From NCBI GenBank assembly GCA_965197905.1, contig CBDAOB010000003.1, positions 832,001 through 896,000 on the forward strand: a stretch of 64,000 bases of DNA, read 5' to 3'. The notes beneath the pieces were generated by a model. It was not told the origin of the DNA. It saw only the letters and a list, made by a program, of their open reading frames with translations, and made no database searches. Position numbers and translations under genes: made by a program. Below, piece after piece: positions 9,499-18,877 of this stretch. Each line of letters opens with the position of its first letter. The stretch's first letter is position 1. Source of the DNA: Candidatus Latescibacterota bacterium (GTDB lineage Bacteria; Latescibacterota; UBA2968; UBA8231).

Positions 9499-10920
9499 CT
9501 ATTCGATCCAGAACGAATACAGACGCGCCTGGCGCAGATAGAAGCGCAGTCGGACCGGCTTGTCGAAAACCATGTCGTGGGGGTGCTTCCATTTGATCTT
9601 CGCTTTTGTGCTGTCGCCGGTGAATGGAGCCGGCTCTTCAACTGGCACCCAGAATCCGTCGTGCGGTTTTCGCGTTTCCCCATCGACGATCTCGGCGTAG
9701 ATCTCGCCCCAGTCGGCGTTGGCGTTGATGTAGACATCCTCTCCCTTGAGCTCGAACGGTTTAGTGAGTATCTGTCCGCACTCTCCACCGTCTATCGAGA
9801 CGAACCCGTCCGGACGCAGCTTGGCGAGGGACAGGGCGCCGCCATCCTCGAAGGCTTCCGGTTTTATTTTCATGTCGAACAATACGCGGGCGCGGTCGTA
9901 CTCCTTGTACTGCGCGATAGTTCCGGCTAGCCTCAGAGCGTTGTAATAACACCAGATCTCGCCATCCTCGCGCACGATCGGGTGGCCAGCCATGAGCAGC
10001 TGGCAACATCCGTAGTTCTCGTTGTCAAACGGCTCGATGCCGATGAACACATCCCGGTTTCCGGCTCGCTCCCAATTGTATAGATCGCGGGAGGAGGCCA
10101 GCTCTATCTGGTTGATGCGGGTGTGGTTGGTTCCCGGTGGCGGCGCGGCGCCGAACGGATTGAAGATGGTGGGAAAGCCGATGTAAAACCCCTGGTAGGG
10201 AAACACCGCCATGTTGTAACACTCGGCAATGTAGTCCTCGTCGTCCCTGATCGGTGGCGCGAGGTACGCCGGATTTTCGATCACCTGCTTCACTCTCCTG
10301 CGGCGGTTCTCCCGGTCGATCTCGTCGGTATGAAAGATCAACTTCGGCTCGGTGAACTCCTGGAAGTCGGTGCTGATTGAGAGGAAGACGGAACGGCCCC
10401 ACTCCGTGCCCTGCTTTACCATCGCCAGAAACTGGCCCGACTCGACGTCGTGGGTGAATTGGGACTCGTCGGAGCTGATGATCCGAGGGGTATCCACCAG
10501 GGTCCAGTGGAAGCCGTCGGGCGATACCGCGGGGAAGCGGTCGCCGCCGCTCAACAATCCTTTGTAGCGCCGGTCCGGATCCGGGTCGGTCTCGTCTCGT
10601 ACCACGTGAAACGGGCCCCCGGGTCCTCCGGCACTGGAAGCCAGCTCGGGATTGTCTTCATCAAAGCTACCCGTGTTTTGCGGTTCCCAGTGCTCGCCGT
10701 CTTCGGATATAGCGTACCCGCCCATATACCACCACTCCCACAGCTTCTTCTCCGAGTTCCACTGGGGGCAGGTCCTGCTCTGCACGCCCCCCCCGCTAAT
10801 CAAGGGCCCCCACTTTTTCGGGGAGTGCAGGGTCTTGGTGGTGGCGGAAGTCGTTTCGATGGCGTAGTCGTCGACGAACAACTGGTGGTAGGTCTTGGGA
10901 TCGATCATCTCGAGGCTCAT
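9499..10920 (-). CDS. Five-bladed beta-propeller glycoside-hydrolase-like protein (subfamily B)
   Basis: QLFVDD start, SEDGEHW, DPDRRYKG, SPDGFHW, SSRDLYNW, LRPDGFVS and ARLYSFW end. Confidence 0.7.
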   Translation of the reverse strand: MSLEMIDPKTYHQLFVDDYAIETTSATTKTLHSPKKWGPLISGGGVQSRTCPQWNSEKKLWEWWYMGGYAISEDGEHWEPQNTGSFDEDNPELASSAGGPGGPFHVVRDETDPDPDRRYKGLLSGGDRFPAVSPDGFHWTLVDTPRIISSDESQFTHDVESGQFLAMVKQGTEWGRSVFLSISTDFQEFTEPKLIFHTDEIDRENRRRRVKQVIENPAYLAPPIRDDEDYIAECYNMAVFPYQGFYIGFPTIFNPFGAAPPPGTNHTRINQIELASSRDLYNWERAGNRDVFIGIEPFDNENYGCCQLLMAGHPIVREDGEIWCYYNALRLAGTIAQYKEYDRARVLFDMKIKPEAFEDGGALSLAKLRPDGFVSIDGGECGQILTKPFELKGEDVYINANADWGEIYAEIVDGETRKPHDGFWVPVEEPAPFTGDSTKAKIKWKHPHDMVFDKPVRLRFYLRQARLYSFWIE

Positions 10921-11082
10921 GCGATTTCCCTTCCGGTCAGTTGACTGCGACCCTCTTTGGCCACGGGAGTAAGGGCAAATCCGGTAGCGCCGTCAATGGA
11001 CGAAACCTATCTCGGCCGGCATATTATCGGCCTGTAAACGCGGATTCCGGGTAGCGGAGAGCGCAACAGGAAGCGGGAAGAT

Positions 11083-12342
11083 ATGATCCAGCGATTCGGC
11101 GACGGTCGCGACTGGTTTCTCGAGAAGAGATTCGGCATGTTCGTTCACTGGGGGTTGTACGCGATCCCCGCCTGGCACGAACAGCATCAGTGGCGCGGCC
11201 AGATGGAACGCTCCGAGTACGGGAAGCTCGCAGCCCAGTTCAACCCCACCAGGTTCGATCCAGAGGTTTGGCTGGATGTTATGGAGGGCGCTGGAATGGA
11301 GTATATCTGCTTAACCACCAAACACCACGACGGCTACTGCCTTTGGGACACCAGACAAACCGATTTCAAGGTGACAAATTCTCCGTACGGCAAGGACATT
11401 CTCGCGCAGCTGGCCGCTTCCTGCCAGCGCCGCAAGATACCGCTTTGCCTCTACCATTCGGTGGTCGACTGGCATCATCCAAACTATCCGAACCAGGGGC
11501 GCAGCCACGAGCTTTCCGGCTCATTACCAGGTGACGAGCCGGACATGGATCGTTATACGGAATTTCTGCGGGCACAGGTTCGCGAGCTGTGCACCGAATA
11601 CGGCAAGATCCACGGATTCTGGTGGGACATGAATGTGACCGGGATTCGCGACACCTCGATCAATGAGATGATTCGCGAGCTGCAACCCGACGCGGTGATC
11701 AACAACCGGGGCTTCGATGAAGGCGACTTCGGCACGCCAGAGCGGGACTATGACCGCACGGTCGAGGAAACCCGGCGATTCGAAACCCGAACCGAGGCAT
11801 GCCAATCGGTGGGCAGGGAGAGCTGGGGGTACAAAGAGGACGAAGACTACTACTCGGTGCGTCACCTGATGCGGAGCGTCGACCGCACTCTGGCCAAAGG
11901 TGGGAACTATCTGCTAAACATCGGGGCCAAGGCGGACGGGACCCTGCCCGCCAAAGGGGTCCAGCTGCTACAGGACGTGGGCGCTTGGTACAAAAGAGTT
12001 CGAGAATCGTTCGACGGCGCAGAGCCGGCCTCTAAGCTGACTGACAATCGAGAGGTCCTGCTGACGCGCAAGGGAAACGATCTCTATGTTCATCTCGTAC
12101 ACGACCCAACCTGCGCGCGCGTGGTGCTCGACCCGATCGCAGTGGCTCCCAAACGCGCGGTGCTGTTAAACAACGAGGCGGAGGTGGAGACTCGGGTGGA
12201 TCTCCTCCCGACGCGGGTCATGAGTAAGGAGGGGATTCTACGAACGGCCGAGCCATGCCTTAGAGTGCGCAATCTGCCCATCGATGAACTGGCGGGCGAG
12301 ACCCTCGTTTTGCGTCTGGAGTTCGAGTCGTTGCCGGAATAG
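11083..12342 (+). CDS. Alpha-L-fucosidase, GH29
   Basis: WFLEKRFGMFVHWGLYA, TTKHHDGYCLWDT, nucleophile region GFWWD, INNR, SWGY and GGNYLLNIG; no signal peptide. Confidence 0.92.
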   Translation: MIQRFGDGRDWFLEKRFGMFVHWGLYAIPAWHEQHQWRGQMERSEYGKLAAQFNPTRFDPEVWLDVMEGAGMEYICLTTKHHDGYCLWDTRQTDFKVTNSPYGKDILAQLAASCQRRKIPLCLYHSVVDWHHPNYPNQGRSHELSGSLPGDEPDMDRYTEFLRAQVRELCTEYGKIHGFWWDMNVTGIRDTSINEMIRELQPDAVINNRGFDEGDFGTPERDYDRTVEETRRFETRTEACQSVGRESWGYKEDEDYYSVRHLMRSVDRTLAKGGNYLLNIGAKADGTLPAKGVQLLQDVGAWYKRVRESFDGAEPASKLTDNREVLLTRKGNDLYVHLVHDPTCARVVLDPIAVAPKRAVLLNNEAEVETRVDLLPTRVMSKEGILRTAEPCLRVRNLPIDELAGETLVLRLEFESLPE

Positions 12343-12371
12343 CTTGCGCAACCAACGCTTGGAGAGAGACC

Positions 12372-13342
12372 GTGGAGTTCGGAAGAGTAACAGGCGTAGA
12401 CAAACCGATAAGCCGTCTGGTGCATGGCACCATCATGTTGAGTGTGGAAGAATTGGAAAAGGGTTTCGAACTGCTCGACGCGGTCTACGACGCCGGCTGT
12501 CGCTGTTGGGACAGTGCCCATCTCTACGCCGGTGGCGACAGCGAACGGGTGCTAGGGCAATGGAGCGAAGCCAGAGGAAATCGAGACGGGATCGTCATTA
12601 TCACCAAGGGGTGCCATCATACACCCGATCGTCGGCGAGTGACCCCATTCGACCTGACCTCGGAGCTGTATGATTCCCTGCTCGCCTGCACACAGACTAT
12701 ATTGACATTTACGTCCTGCATCGAGACGATCCGAACGTGGCGGTCGGACCGATCGTAGAAACCCTCAACGAACACCACTCCGCCGGCCGTATTCAGGCGT
12801 TCGGCGGTTCCAACTGGGAGACCCAGCGTATCGAAGAGGCGAACGAATACGCCGATAAACATTCGCTGGTGCCGTTTGCGGTAAGCAGCCCAAACTTCGG
12901 ACTCGCCGAACAGGCCGAAGAGCCGTGGGAGGACTGCGTAACCATAAGTGGTCCGCAGAATGCGGCGGATCGAGCCTGGTACGCAAGAAACAGCATGCCG
13001 CTGTTTCCCTGGTCGTCGATGGGGCAGGGGTTCTTTTCGGGGCGCATCTCACGCGCGAATTGGGAAACGGTCAAAGCAGATTTTCCCGAACCGGTGGAGC
13101 GCTCTTACGCCCACGAATCGAACTTCCAACGGCTCGATCGAGTCGAAGAGTTGGCGCGGGAAAAGGGAATGTCGGTGCCGCAGGTAGCCTTGGCCTGGGT
13201 GGTTCAACAGCCCGGGTTGGATGTCTTCGCCCTCATCGGCACCTTCACCGGCGCCGAGTTCAGTGAGAACCTGAAGGCTTTGGAGGTCAAGTTGACGGCG
13301 GCGGAGATGGAGTGGCTCGACCTGTGTCGAGACGATCGCTGA
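12372..13342 (+). pseudogene. Aldo/keto reductase split by a frameshift near 12683-12688
   Basis: N-terminal half has DSAHLY and TKG; after CTCGCCTG the motif LHTDYIDIYVLHRDD continues in another frame into the 12737-13342 ORF (FGGSNW, SPNFGL, QVALAW). Confidence 0.8.
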
Positions 13343-13419
13343 GGATTGCAGCGACCGCGCTGAACAGAGATCCAACGACGACGCGGCTCAAAGATCGGCG
13401 AGTCGCATGATTTTCCTAG

Positions 13420-13782
13420 TTACCATTTTGCAGCGAGATCCGGTGGCTTCAGTTTGAAACCAAGTCGGTAACCGCCTTCGTCCATAGCTCTCATCCACAC
13501 CATGGAGCCGTTGTAAACGTGCTCTTGATCCTCGTCTCGAAGGGTCATCTCGAACGGCAGCGGTTCAAAAAATTCCAGGCAGAATCCTCCGTCGGAACGA
13601 TCCACCGCGTGCGCGTTGAAGCCACCAAATCTGTTAGTCACGTCGACATCAGCCTTGAGCGAAACCCTTGGTTCGCGTTGCGGATGCGTAATGCTGGCTC
13701 GAAGCGCGGTCAATTCGTTTTCCAATTCGATGATGCGGCGTTGCAGGGTTTCGATTTCGCGAGATTCTTCGGGACTGTTCAA
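13420..13782 (-). CDS. Small coiled-coil plus PilZ-domain protein
   Basis: Heptad stretch IETLQRRIIELENELTAL, then QREPR, DRSDGG (DxSxxG) and VW...YRLGFK; TTG start at 13782 preceded by GGAG. Confidence 0.7.
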   Translation of the reverse strand: MNSPEESREIETLQRRIIELENELTALRASITHPQREPRVSLKADVDVTNRFGGFNAHAVDRSDGGFCLEFFEPLPFEMTLRDEDQEHVYNGSMVWMRAMDEGGYRLGFKLKPPDLAAKW

Positions 13783-13890
13783 GGGCGCTTCTCCGTTGTT
13801 GTGACGGCCGCGATCGGTCCGTTTTTGCTTTGGCCAGATCGTCATTGGGAAGATAACTTAACGACCCGTCGCTGCACCAGTTTCTCAATC

Positions 13891-15825
13891 CTATTGAGTC
13901 CGCGGCGTATTACGGAAGGCGGTTGCTTTCTCGATCGCCTTGGCAGCGCTTTTCTCGTCCCCCAGGTCCAAGTAAATCCGACTGAGAAGCAGGTAGAGTT
14001 CGGCGGTCGGTTGTGTCAGCAGCCCCAGGTTGCAGACCTCGGCTGCGCGTTGCGGCCTTCCATCTTCCCTCAACGACCGAGCGGCGAGATATAGGTACTC
14101 GCTGCTGTGTGGCATTCGCAGCGCCACCTCCATAGCTGCCTCTGCCGACCTGTCAAAACGCCCGGACTCGAACATCGCCCATGCCAACCCTTGGGCACTA
14201 TTGATTCTTGCAGGCTCGTACGAAAGCGATCGTTCAAAAGCCAGTATCGCCAGGTCATGCTGACTCAGTATCCTGTACCGATGTCCCATATTGTGATTTG
14301 CAACGGCCATCACGTGAGCAAAGCGGTGGCGCTGGTCGGCTATCCGCTCTAGTTCCGCAATCGATTGCGTTCCCTTCGCCCTGGTCGCGGCATCTTCACT
14401 GAGCGACTCAGTTACCGCTGAAACGGCTTTCAGATTGAAGTCGTCAGGGAATTCCGCCAGACCGTCCTGCAGCAACCCTGCATAGTCCTCACCTGATGTC
14501 AGAGCCAGCGTAATCAGCTTCATATACGCGGTGTCCCGAGGTATGAGATCACCCGCACCAGCCAGGCCCTGTCGCAGCAGTTGTGCTGCTTTTCGATCAT
14601 CACCCGCTGCGAAGTAATAGCGGCCGGAACGGTAAAGGGAGACGAGCTCCGTTTTTTTCAGGGCAGCGTAGCTGGATAGAAGGACCGTGAGAGTAAGCAT
14701 CGGAAAAAGGAGAAGAGCCACCACCTTGTTGCGCACCGCCACCCAACAACAGCCACGTTGAAGCAGCCATGCGAGCAGCATCGATGACCCTGCCGAGGCC
14801 AGGTAGATATAGCGCGAAATGCCAGAGTGTATCAGGGTGACCGGCACGAAAGGAGCAAGAGTGCATAAGGTCCAGACCGACCACAGGCTGACAGGCATTG
14901 GTGTCTTCCAAATCAGCCAGGACATGCCTCCCAGCGATCCGGCACCGATCAGCAGCTCCCAATCGTGTTGCTCGTGCAACGGAATCGGCATCCAATGGGC
15001 CGTGGTCAGAAGTCTACCGGCAAGCCAAAGGGCAGAACGCAGCAGATCTCCCAACACCGAGCCGGATTCTCCGCGCTCGGGGTCCAATGCCAACCAGGTC
15101 GTAGTGTCCTGGGAGGTGAAGCTCAGCGAGGCGGTGCTTACCCCGGCTGCCATCAGCGTCACCGGCAGCAAGCGCCACAGAGAACGCCTCAGCCGCACTC
15201 CATGGAGATAGGACAGGTAGAGACAGACAGGCACTACAGCTGCCACGGCCATGTGACTCAAAAGCCCCAGGACGACGAACAAGTGGAAGGCGACGAGCCA
15301 GAGGATTCGCGACGATTTGAGGTGTTCGCCGAAACATGCCAGGGCGGCCAGTCCCCACAACAGCGCCAGGGGATAGTCCATGGCAGAGATCCAATGGACG
15401 GCACTGAAGTGCGCCGCGTTGGCGAGGAACAGCATGCCTCCGAGGAAGCTGATCTCGGGGTTCGAACCCAGACGGCAGGCGACAGCCGCCAGGAGGATGC
15501 TGGCCACCGCGTGAATGGCAACCACCAACATGTGAAAGACGCCTGGATTGTTGCCCGCCACGGTATACGCAATCCACTTGGTGAATTCGGCAAGGGGTCT
15601 CCCGGAACCGAGCTCTTTATCTTCGGGAGACTGGAAGAAGTACCAGAAGTCGTCACTGATAGCGATATTGTCCCTGAAGGTGCTGGCGTCATCAATACCC
15701 TGAGGGTGGTGCCTGAGGTTGCCGAACAGAACAGCAGTAAGGGCCGCCATGAGGGCGGCGTAGATAAGCCAGGAGCGTCGGCCTGCTGGGATCGAAAACA
15801 GGGTAGGAATCAAAGTCGAACACAT
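13891..15825 (-). CDS. Membrane GT-C-like glycosyltransferase with C-terminal TPR repeats (TMTC-like)
   Basis: DD motif after TM1 (GIDDA), GRPL, FH, AVHWISA and SRYIYLAS; helical TPR-like C-terminus; start uncertain. Confidence 0.7.
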   Translation of the reverse strand: MCSTLIPTLFSIPAGRRSWLIYAALMAALTAVLFGNLRHHPQGIDDASTFRDNIAISDDFWYFFQSPEDKELGSGRPLAEFTKWIAYTVAGNNPGVFHMLVVAIHAVASILLAAVACRLGSNPEISFLGGMLFLANAAHFSAVHWISAMDYPLALLWGLAALACFGEHLKSSRILWLVAFHLFVVLGLLSHMAVAAVVPVCLYLSYLHGVRLRRSLWRLLPVTLMAAGVSTASLSFTSQDTTTWLALDPERGESGSVLGDLLRSALWLAGRLLTTAHWMPIPLHEQHDWELLIGAGSLGGMSWLIWKTPMPVSLWSVWTLCTLAPFVPVTLIHSGISRYIYLASAGSSMLLAWLLQRGCCWVAVRNKVVALLLFPMLTLTVLLSSYAALKKTELVSLYRSGRYYFAAGDDRKAAQLLRQGLAGAGDLIPRDTAYMKLITLALTSGEDYAGLLQDGLAEFPDDFNLKAVSAVTESLSEDAATRAKGTQSIAELERIADQRHRFAHVMAVANHNMGHRYRILSQHDLAILAFERSLSYEPARINSAQGLAWAMFESGRFDRSAEAAMEVALRMPHSSEYLYLAARSLREDGRPQRAAEVCNLGLLTQPTAELYLLLSRIYLDLGDEKSAAKAIEKATAFRNTPRTQ

Positions 15826-15993
15826 GCTCCGAATATCGAGAAGGCTTCTATTCGATGACGCCGGCGGGCGAAAGATCAACGGCCCCCGGTCGACAGTCAA
15901 GAACGACCGCCGTTGGAGCAAACCGGGGGCGTAACGTAACTTTGGCACCCTTTAGCGCTACGCGTTGCAACCGTCTTGCACCAAGGAGTCACA

Positions 15994-17333
15994 TTGGCTA
16001 GGGCCAAGCTTACCACAGGTCCGGTATATCGGGTGCTCCTCCGCCTGGCGATGCCGATGATCATCGGACTGCTCTCGGTCATCTTCTTCAATCTTGCTGA
16101 TACCTATTTCGTGTCCCGACTGGGCACGGAAAAGCTGGCCGCTATGAGTTTCACGTTCCCCGTCGTGATGGTCCTTTTCGGGATTTCATTTTCATTGAGC
16201 ACAGGTACCACCTCTGTGGTGTCGCGCGCCATCGGACGTGGCGACGAGGGTGCCATCAAACGCTTCGCATCCGACAGCCTGACTCTATCCTTTCTCGTGG
16301 TGGCGATCGTAGCGGGGGCGGGCATGGTTACGATCGATCCATTGTTTACTCTGATGGGGGCCAGTCCCGAGGTTCTGCCCTTCATACGGGACTACATGTT
16401 CATCTGGTATCCAGGCATCGCTTTCCTGGTCGTGCCGATGGTCGCCAACGCTTCCATTCGTGCCAGCGGTGACACCAAGTTTCCGGCTATGATGATGGTG
16501 GGTGCGATGGTCACCAATCTGGTCCTCGATCCGATTATGATTTTCGGGATGTTCGGGTTCCCGCGCATGGAGCTGAAGGGTGCGGCGTGGGCGACGGTGA
16601 TCTCACGCGCCGGCACGATGGTCGCTGCCCTCGCCATTCTACACTTTCGCGAGCGTCTGCTGGATTTTCGCACAGCATCGCTTGCCCAGGTTTGGCAGTC
16701 ATGGCGGGCGATTCTCGCCATCGCGGTACCGGTTGCTGCCACCAACATCATGCAGCCGGTGGCCATGGGTGTGTGACGCGCCTGATCGCGCAATTCGGAC
16801 CGGCGGCGGTGGCGGCCTGGGGCGCCGGCGAGCGCGTAACCGCCTTTGCGCTCATACCCGTCATGGCTGTCTGCTCGGCGCTGGTGCCCATTGTGGGTCA
16901 GAACTGGGGAGCGCAGGAGTATGAGAGGGTGAACGAGGCGCGGCGCTACGGCTATCTATTCTCGGTGGGTTGGGGGGTGCTGGTTCTTGGTGGGATGTGG
17001 CTGGTGGCAGATTCAGTAGCGAACGTCTTCAGCACAGAACCCGGTGTGCTCCGGGAAATAATGAGTTACCTCTGGATCATGCCGTTCGGCTACGCTCTCT
17101 ACGGTGTCCTGAATGTCAGTGAAGAGACCTTGAACGCGGTGGGCCGGCCTATGGTCGCCGCGCTCCAGACCTTGATCCACATGTTTGTATTCTACGCGCC
17201 GCTGGCTCTCCTGGGTGCATATCTGCTGGGTTTCGCCGGTCTGCTCTGGGGCGTGACCGTGGCGAATCTGCTTGGGGGTGCCGTGGCGTACGGATTGTCG
17301 CAATCGGTCTGTTTGCGCGGTCCCAGATCTTAG
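15994..17333 (+). pseudogene. MATE family efflux transporter with a frameshift near 16770
   Basis: LTTGPV..LAMPM, NLADTYFVSRLG, RASGDTK, NLVLDPIMIFG and GAAWATVISR; after ATGGGTGTGTGA the second half (VGQNWGA) is in another frame; TTG start with RBS AAGGAG. Confidence 0.85.
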
Positions 17334-17357
17334 TGTCGTGTCTCCGAGACACGACAC
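17333..17357. terminator. Perfect hairpin between convergent genes (possible bidirectional terminator)
   Basis: GTGTCGTGTCT-CCG-AGACACGACAC is an 11-bp perfect inverted repeat filling the gap between two stop codons; no U-tract. Confidence 0.55.
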
Positions 17358-17819
17358 CTAGCCTGCAACCGACGATCTGTCTGCACGACGACGCCCTTCT
17401 CGTCGCACGGCGCCGCCAAGCACTAGTCCGGCGCTAACCAGAGCCAGGTTCTTAACGATGTACTGACCCTCCAGTGTTAGGCCGTACGGTACCGTGGTAA
17501 AACAAATATCTGGCAAGAGCAGCAGCGGAAGGGCGGTTCCGGGCATCTGCAAGAAAAGGAGTAGAACGCCCACGCGAGCCAGCGGTCGAACGACCAGGCA
17601 AATCCCGATGGCTACTTCCCACCAGCCGAGAATGGGCACGAAGAATTCGGGAGGAAGCCAGTAAACGGTGCGCTCGACCAATGCCTGTGCCGGGCTGATG
17701 CCAAATGGTTTCAGAATTCCGAACCAGACGAAGATGATGCCGAGGGAAATGCGCAGCGCCGGCGTTCCCCAGCGCGACATCCAGTTGGCGATTGCCAGGT
17801 CGATTCGCTCAAAGTTCAC
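17358..17819 (-). CDS. DoxX-family membrane protein
   Basis: ALRISLGIIFVWFGILK, GWWEVAIG and LTLEGQYIVKNL. Confidence 0.8.
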   Translation of the reverse strand: MNFERIDLAIANWMSRWGTPALRISLGIIFVWFGILKPFGISPAQALVERTVYWLPPEFFVPILGWWEVAIGICLVVRPLARVGVLLLFLQMPGTALPLLLLPDICFTTVPYGLTLEGQYIVKNLALVSAGLVLGGAVRREGRRRADRSSVAG

Positions 17820-17822
17820 GGT

Positions 17823-18848
17823 TCAGTCGCGTCCCTCTGCCGCGCGAGGATATTCCACCACTTCTCGCAAAACAACGCCGCCATTCCGCTGGCGAACCTG
17901 CAGCTCAACTTCAAGGGTCCGGTCCGTCCAGCGAAAGTCGAGGATGCCGTAGTTGAGCTCCTTATGGAATTCGCCCAGTCGATGGCGGTTGGGCTCCTCC
18001 GTAAGGCTGGTGTAGCTGTGGGTCATGCCGCTGGCAGTGACTTCGTAGACCGGATAGTCGATCGCGGGGTGCGTCATTCGGGAGATCTCCGCGAGGTGAC
18101 GGTCGCCGCTGAGGAACAGGACTCTTGATGTCCGGGCGCGACCGATGATATGGAAGAGTCGCTCTCTGGATTTAGGGAAGTTCGCCCACTTCTCGTACTG
18201 GTGGTCCTCGGGTAGCACCTGGATGCTGGACGCCACGATATGGACGTCGGCAGCACTTTCGGTCAGTCTTTTTTCCAGCCAGGTCCACTGGGCGTTTCCC
18301 AGGACATCTGCCTCGGGACCCGGTGCCTCCCGGTGATATCGGGTGTCGAGGAGAATCACCTGGATTCGCCGGTGGGGCGGACCGTAGCTGTAGGCGGCAT
18401 ACACTCCCTCCTGACGGCGACGCTGGCTCGCGGCCGGTTCGCCGAGAAAGTCGAGGAGCAGCGCCTGACTCTCCCGCTTTGCCTCGAACTCTTTTCCGCC
18501 ATTGTTCTTTCCGTAGTCGTGATCGTCCCACGTACCGATGACGGGGCAGAGGCGCAATAGCTGTTTGTATTCAGGCCGCTGTAGCTGGGCGTGATATTTT
18601 GCCCGCATCACGTTCGTATCCGCGGTATCTGCGTAGATGTTATCTCCCAACCATATCCAGAGATCCGGATCGTTGGCTACGACGGCGGACCATAGTGGCT
18701 GGGGCAAGTCCTGGTGATTGCACGAGCCAAACGCAATGCGCTCGATGTATCCTGCTTCGTCAGCACCCCACACCGGCGAGGCATTCGCAAGGAACATCGC
18801 CAGAGCAATGCCAAGAAAAGCTGTCTTTGCGGGACGACGAACCTCCAT
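17823..18848 (-). CDS. phoD: Alkaline phosphatase D family protein
   Basis: Signal peptide; RIAFGSC, WLGDNIYAD, WDDHDYG, LLDTRY and LSGDRH; likely start ATG 18848. Confidence 0.9.
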   Translation of the reverse strand: MEVRRPAKTAFLGIALAMFLANASPVWGADEAGYIERIAFGSCNHQDLPQPLWSAVVANDPDLWIWLGDNIYADTADTNVMRAKYHAQLQRPEYKQLLRLCPVIGTWDDHDYGKNNGGKEFEAKRESQALLLDFLGEPAASQRRRQEGVYAAYSYGPPHRRIQVILLDTRYHREAPGPEADVLGNAQWTWLEKRLTESAADVHIVASSIQVLPEDHQYEKWANFPKSRERLFHIIGRARTSRVLFLSGDRHLAEISRMTHPAIDYPVYEVTASGMTHSYTSLTEEPNRHRLGEFHKELNYGILDFRWTDRTLEVELQVRQRNGGVVLREVVEYPRAAEGRD

Positions 18849-18877
18849 CCCTGTGGCGGAGAGGCGGGCTCGCCAGC

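Noticed and set aside
16774..16776. In-frame TGA in the MATE gene as selenocysteine or readthrough
   Set aside because: A second TGA follows three codons later and homology continues in a different frame, so it is a frameshift.
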